From: an uncultured Clostridia bacterium
Lineage (GTDB): Bacteria; Bacillota; Clostridia; TANB77; CAG-508
Reading direction: 5' to 3'
DNA: 64,000 bases
Assembly: GCA_947623595.1 (NCBI GenBank)
Contig: CANQHC010000002.1
Location: 951 to 64,950, forward strand
The number at the start of each line of letters is the position of its first letter. Positions within the stretch are counted from its first letter, which is position 1. The translations under genes and the position numbers were made by a program. Shown one piece after another: positions 60,358 through 64,000 of the stretch. The notes under the pieces are model-generated. The model was not told the origin of the DNA and searched no databases. It saw nothing but the letters and a program-made list of their open reading frames with translations.

Positions 60358-62601
60358 TTAGATTTTTTCATGAATAGTTCTATTAATAACATCTAATTGT
60401 TGTTCTCTTGTTAATTTTGTAAAGTTAACTGCATATCCAGAAACACGAATTGTTAATTGTGGATATTTTTCAGGATGATCCATTGCATCCAATAATAATG
60501 CTCTATCAAAAACATTAACATTAATATGATGTCCAGTTTGAATAAAGAAACCATCTAACATAGTAACTAAATTATTAACTCTTGTATCATCATCTTTTCC
60601 AAGAGTTCCTGGAGTTATTGAGAAAGTATAAGAAATACCATCTTCTGAATATTCATATGGAAGTTTAGCAATTGTGTTCATAACTGCAAGTGCACCATTT
60701 GTATCTCTACCATGTAGAGGGTTAGCTCCAGGGCCAAAAGGTTCACCATCTTTTCTTCCATCAGGAGTGTTACCAGTATTTTTTCCATAAACTACATTTG
60801 AAGTAATTGTTAAAACAGATAGGGTAGTTCTTGCATTTCTATAAGTATGATGTTTTTGTAGTTTTTTCATAAATGTTTTTACTAAATTAACAGCAATATC
60901 GTCAACTCTGTCATCGTCATTTCCGTATTTTGGAAAATCACCTTCAACTTCATAATCAACAGCTAGACCTGTATCGTCACGAATTACTTTTACTTTTGCA
61001 TATTTAATAGCAGATAAAGAATCAGCTACTACTGATAAACCAGCAATACCACATGCCATTGTTCTTAAAATATCTCTTTCTTTATCATGTAAAGCCATTT
61101 CTAAAGCCTCGTAAGAATATTTATCATGCATATAGTGAATCATATTAAGAGCTTTAATATAAGTTCTTGCTAAATAATCCATCATATGATCAAATCTCAT
61201 CATAACTTCATCATAATCTAAATATTCAGAAGTAATAGGGGCAAATTGTGGAGTAATTTGTTTACCAGATTTCTCATCTCTACCACCGTTAATTGCATAT
61301 AAAAGAGCTTTTGCAAGGTTTGCTCTTGCACCAAAAAATTGCATTTGTTTACCAATCTTCATGGCAGATACACAACAAGCAATACCATAATCATCACCTA
61401 AAGTAACTCTCATCAAATCATCATTTTCATATTGAATAGAAGATGTTTGAATAGATATGGTTGCACAGAATTTCTTGAAACCTTCAGGTAAATTTTTAGA
61501 CCATAATACTGTTAAATTAGGCTCTGGTGCAGGACCTAAGTTTACTAAAGTGTGTAATATTCTAAAGGAGTTTTTAGTTACTAATGTTCTACCATCAATA
61601 CCCATACCACCAATACTTTCTGTTACCCATACAGGGTCACCACTAAATAAACTATTATATTCAGGAGCTCTTAAAAAACGTACCATTCTTAATTTCATAA
61701 CAAAATGATCCATTAATTCTTGAGCTGTTTCTTCAGTTAAAATTCCATTTTTTATGTCTCTTTCAACATAAATATCTAAGAAGGTAGAAGTTCTACCTAA
61801 ACTCATGGCAGCACCATTTTGATCTTTTATAGCACCTAAATATCCAAAATATAGCCATTGAAAAGCTTCTTTTGCAGTTTCAGCAGGAACTGAAATGTCA
61901 AAACCATAGCTTGCAGCCATTTCTTTTAATTCATTTAAGGCAACTATTTGGTCGTGAATTTCTTCTCTTTGTCTAATTATATCTTCAGTCATTTCATCAG
62001 AATCCATAATAGAGAATTCCTCTTGTTTTTCAGCAATTAAAGTATCTACACCGTATAAAGCTACTCTTCTATAATCACCAATGATTCTTCCACGACCATA
62101 GCCGTCAGGAAGACCGGTAATTAAATGTGAACTTCTAGCAGCTCTAATTTCTGGAGTATATACAGCAAAAACACCATCATTATGTGTTCTTCTCAAATCG
62201 TGATAAATATGAGAAATTTGTTCATCTATTTTATAACCATAACTTTCGCAAGATTTTTCAACTATTCTTATACCACCATTTGGCATAATTGCTCTCTTTA
62301 AAGGACTATCAGTTTGAAAGCCAACAATTTCTTCTAAATTTTTGTCTATATAACCAGGAGCATAACGATTTATACCAGAAGGAGTTTTAGAATCTACATC
62401 TAAAACATCGCCATTTTCTCTTTCTTTTTTGTAAAGTTCTAATACATTATTCCATAATTTCTTTGTTTTTTCAGTAGGATTAGTTAAAAATGAACTATCC
62501 CCTTCATAAGGCGTATAGTTAGCTTGAATAAAGCCCCTAACGTCAATTTCCTTTGTCCATTCACCTTGTTTGTTAAAACCATTCCACTGTTTAAAATCCA
62601 T
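60358..62601 (-). CDS. pflB: Formate C-acetyltransferase (pyruvate formate-lyase)
   Basis: 747 aa. Glycine radical motif RVSGYAV near the C-terminus. Active-site CC (GIACCVSA). RBS AAGGAGG. Confidence 0.93.
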   Translation of the reverse strand: MDFKQWNGFNKQGEWTKEIDVRGFIQANYTPYEGDSSFLTNPTEKTKKLWNNVLELYKKERENGDVLDVDSKTPSGINRYAPGYIDKNLEEIVGFQTDSPLKRAIMPNGGIRIVEKSCESYGYKIDEQISHIYHDLRRTHNDGVFAVYTPEIRAARSSHLITGLPDGYGRGRIIGDYRRVALYGVDTLIAEKQEEFSIMDSDEMTEDIIRQREEIHDQIVALNELKEMAASYGFDISVPAETAKEAFQWLYFGYLGAIKDQNGAAMSLGRTSTFLDIYVERDIKNGILTEETAQELMDHFVMKLRMVRFLRAPEYNSLFSGDPVWVTESIGGMGIDGRTLVTKNSFRILHTLVNLGPAPEPNLTVLWSKNLPEGFKKFCATISIQTSSIQYENDDLMRVTLGDDYGIACCVSAMKIGKQMQFFGARANLAKALLYAINGGRDEKSGKQITPQFAPITSEYLDYDEVMMRFDHMMDYLARTYIKALNMIHYMHDKYSYEALEMALHDKERDILRTMACGIAGLSVVADSLSAIKYAKVKVIRDDTGLAVDYEVEGDFPKYGNDDDRVDDIAVNLVKTFMKKLQKHHTYRNARTTLSVLTITSNVVYGKNTGNTPDGRKDGEPFGPGANPLHGRDTNGALAVMNTIAKLPYEYSEDGISYTFSITPGTLGKDDDTRVNNLVTMLDGFFIQTGHHINVNVFDRALLLDAMDHPEKYPQLTIRVSGYAVNFTKLTREQQLDVINRTIHEKI

Positions 62602-62633
62602 TCTAAAAATACCTCCTTAAATTTGAATAAAAA

Positions 62634-62664
62634 TGTCAAAAAAAAATCAAAAATTATTTTGACA
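62634..62664. promoter_or_regulatory. Inverted repeat TGTCAAAA-N15-TTTTGACA in the pflB 5' leader or promoter region
   Basis: Arms at 62634-62641 and 62657-62664, 33-63 nt upstream of the pflB start codon. Confidence 0.4.
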
Positions 62665-62885
62665 CATCTTATTAAGCATAACATATTATATTAAAATTAG
62701 CAATATTTTGCATAAAATTTATGGAAATCAAATATAAAAAGACATGGAAAATTTTTATTAAAATATAGATGAGAGCTCAAATATTATATGAGCTGTTATT
62801 GTAGCTAACACAAAAAGGATTTTGTTTATAATAAAAAAAGCAAGAAATAGAGTTCTTGCCTTTAATATAACCATATTAGAAAAAA

Positions 62886-63212
62886 CTATTCTTCTTCACT
62901 AATTACTTTTGCTATTTTATAAATTAATTTTTGTTTTTCAGGAGAAACTGAATTTAAAATATCATTAAATTCAGAAGAAAGATAATTATCAGATTGGCTA
63001 GAGGCACCATTTAAAATGTAACCTTCTGAAACTCCTAAAATATCACAAATTTGAGTTAATCTCTTTAAATTTATATGTGAGTTGCCTCTTTCAACTCTGC
63101 TTAAGAATGCAATAGAAACATCTAATTGTTCTGCTAAAGTTTCTTGAGTCATTTTTTTATCAATTCTAGCTTTTTTTAGTCTTTGTCCAATTATTGTATA
63201 ATCTAGTGCCAT
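62886..63212 (-). CDS. XRE-family HTH transcriptional regulator
   Basis: MALDYTIIGQRLKKARIDKKMTQETLAEQLDVSIAFLSRVERG, an HTH_XRE domain. GGAGGG lies upstream of ATG 63212. Confidence 0.7.
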   Translation of the reverse strand: MALDYTIIGQRLKKARIDKKMTQETLAEQLDVSIAFLSRVERGNSHINLKRLTQICDILGVSEGYILNGASSQSDNYLSSEFNDILNSVSPEKQKLIYKIAKVISEEE

Positions 63213-63513
63213 ATAAATTCCCTCCATATTCATATATACTTATATATAGCATTTATTTAAATAAGTTCAAAGAAACATATTGGTTAATATTAATTTATTA
63301 ATTCGATATATAACTTTAGTATTATTTTTTTCATAAAAATGAAAAATATACAGGAAAATTTTGGATTTTTTTGAAAAAGCATCATTTAAGCAGTTGAAAA
63401 ATAAATATATTAATTTAGTAGTGTACATGAAGCAAAAAAAATATATACATCTTTAAAAATTATGCTATAATAAAAATATAGACTGACAAAAGAAAAATAG
63501 GAGAAAAAGTCAT

Positions 63514-64000
63514 ATGAATCAAAATGTGATAGATATTATAAATAATTATAAAGATAGCTTAAAAAAAATAACTGAAGAATATGCTGATGATATAGAACGA
63601 ATGCAATATGAAATTGAGGATTTAGAAAGAGATACTGTAGAGAAAATCAGACAAATATCAGAAGATGAAAAAATAGAATTATTGAATTTACTTACATCAG
63701 AATCAGTTAACTCTGTAATATCAGAATCCCTTAACTCTGAAATAATAATAGAATCCCTTAAGTCTGAAATAATAGTACAACTATCAAATGATACTGATAA
63801 AATTAGATTTTTAGGTGAAGTTAAAGATGAAATATTAATATTAAAAATTATAAAAACGATAGCTGATGAAACTTTAAGAATTGAATCACTAAAATATATT
63901 GATCCTAATATAGATAGAGATTGGATTGTAAGATCAATTGCGGGTGAAGTTACTGATAATAATTTAAAAATTAGAGCATTGGAATATATTACTTCTGATA
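63514..64000 (+). CDS. Partial CDS (5' end; runs off the window) encoding a repeat-containing hypothetical protein
   Basis: RBS TAGGAG 8 nt upstream of ATG 63514. No stop before the window end. Internal 8-aa repeats (SESVNSVI / SESLNSEI / IESLKSEI). Confidence 0.45.
   Translation, partial: MNQNVIDIINNYKDSLKKITEEYADDIERMQYEIEDLERDTVEKIRQISEDEKIELLNLLTSESVNSVISESLNSEIIIESLKSEIIVQLSNDTDKIRFLGEVKDEILILKIIKTIADETLRIESLKYIDPNIDRDWIVRSIAGEVTDNNLKIRALEYITSD

Overview
This 64-kb window is very AT-rich (roughly 28-30% GC) and looks like a chromosomal region of a spore-forming Firmicute. A Clostridia-like assignment rests on the alpha/beta-type SASP gene, a PdaB-type spore deacetylase, a ctsR-mcsA-mcsB-clpC operon and an adhE/pflAB fermentation set. 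Most of the window is core housekeeping on both strands. The left end holds rpmG-secE-nusG-rplK-rplA-(L10 leader)-rplJ-rplL, then an inserted secreted vWA-domain gene where rpoBC is usually expected. It continues with plsX-acpP-rnc, a radical SAM gene, yitT, ogg, addB with no addA after it, pgeF, ldcA, a family-4 UDG, a GltD-like oxidoreductase, leuS on the minus strand, and adhE. A T-box leader precedes an aspS-gatC-gatA-gatB operon, which implies the indirect route to Asn-tRNA or Gln-tRNA. Further right are rpsT, hpf, an alpha/beta-hydrolase gene remnant with an internal deletion, an MBL hydrolase, the SASP gene, a YdjG/YdjI-like zinc-ribbon membrane protein plus SPFH protein pair, a HAD phosphatase, ctsR-mcsA-mcsB-clpC with a canonical CtsR operator, a frameshifted CDF transporter, nifS, an XRE regulator, and two tandem half-size TSUP/TauE genes that are both frameshifted. 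The right end holds a cysteine-rich tandem-repeat protein next to murI and pdaB (a spore coat candidate), a divergent double-OB-fold SSB paralog upstream of rpsF-ssb-rpsR, a patatin gene, znuA-(39-bp repeat array)-znuC-znuB, convergent pflA-pflB, an XRE regulator and a partial repeat-containing ORF at the 3' edge. I recognised no rRNA, tRNA, CRISPR array or obvious mobile element. I see no compact multi-gene novel system such as a defense island. The points most worth a second look are the ambiguous T-box specifier (Asp versus Asn), three +1 frameshifts that share a TCGG context, the cysteine-rich repeat protein, the SSB paralog, the vWA insertion, the orphan addB, and several intergenic repeats and palindromes.
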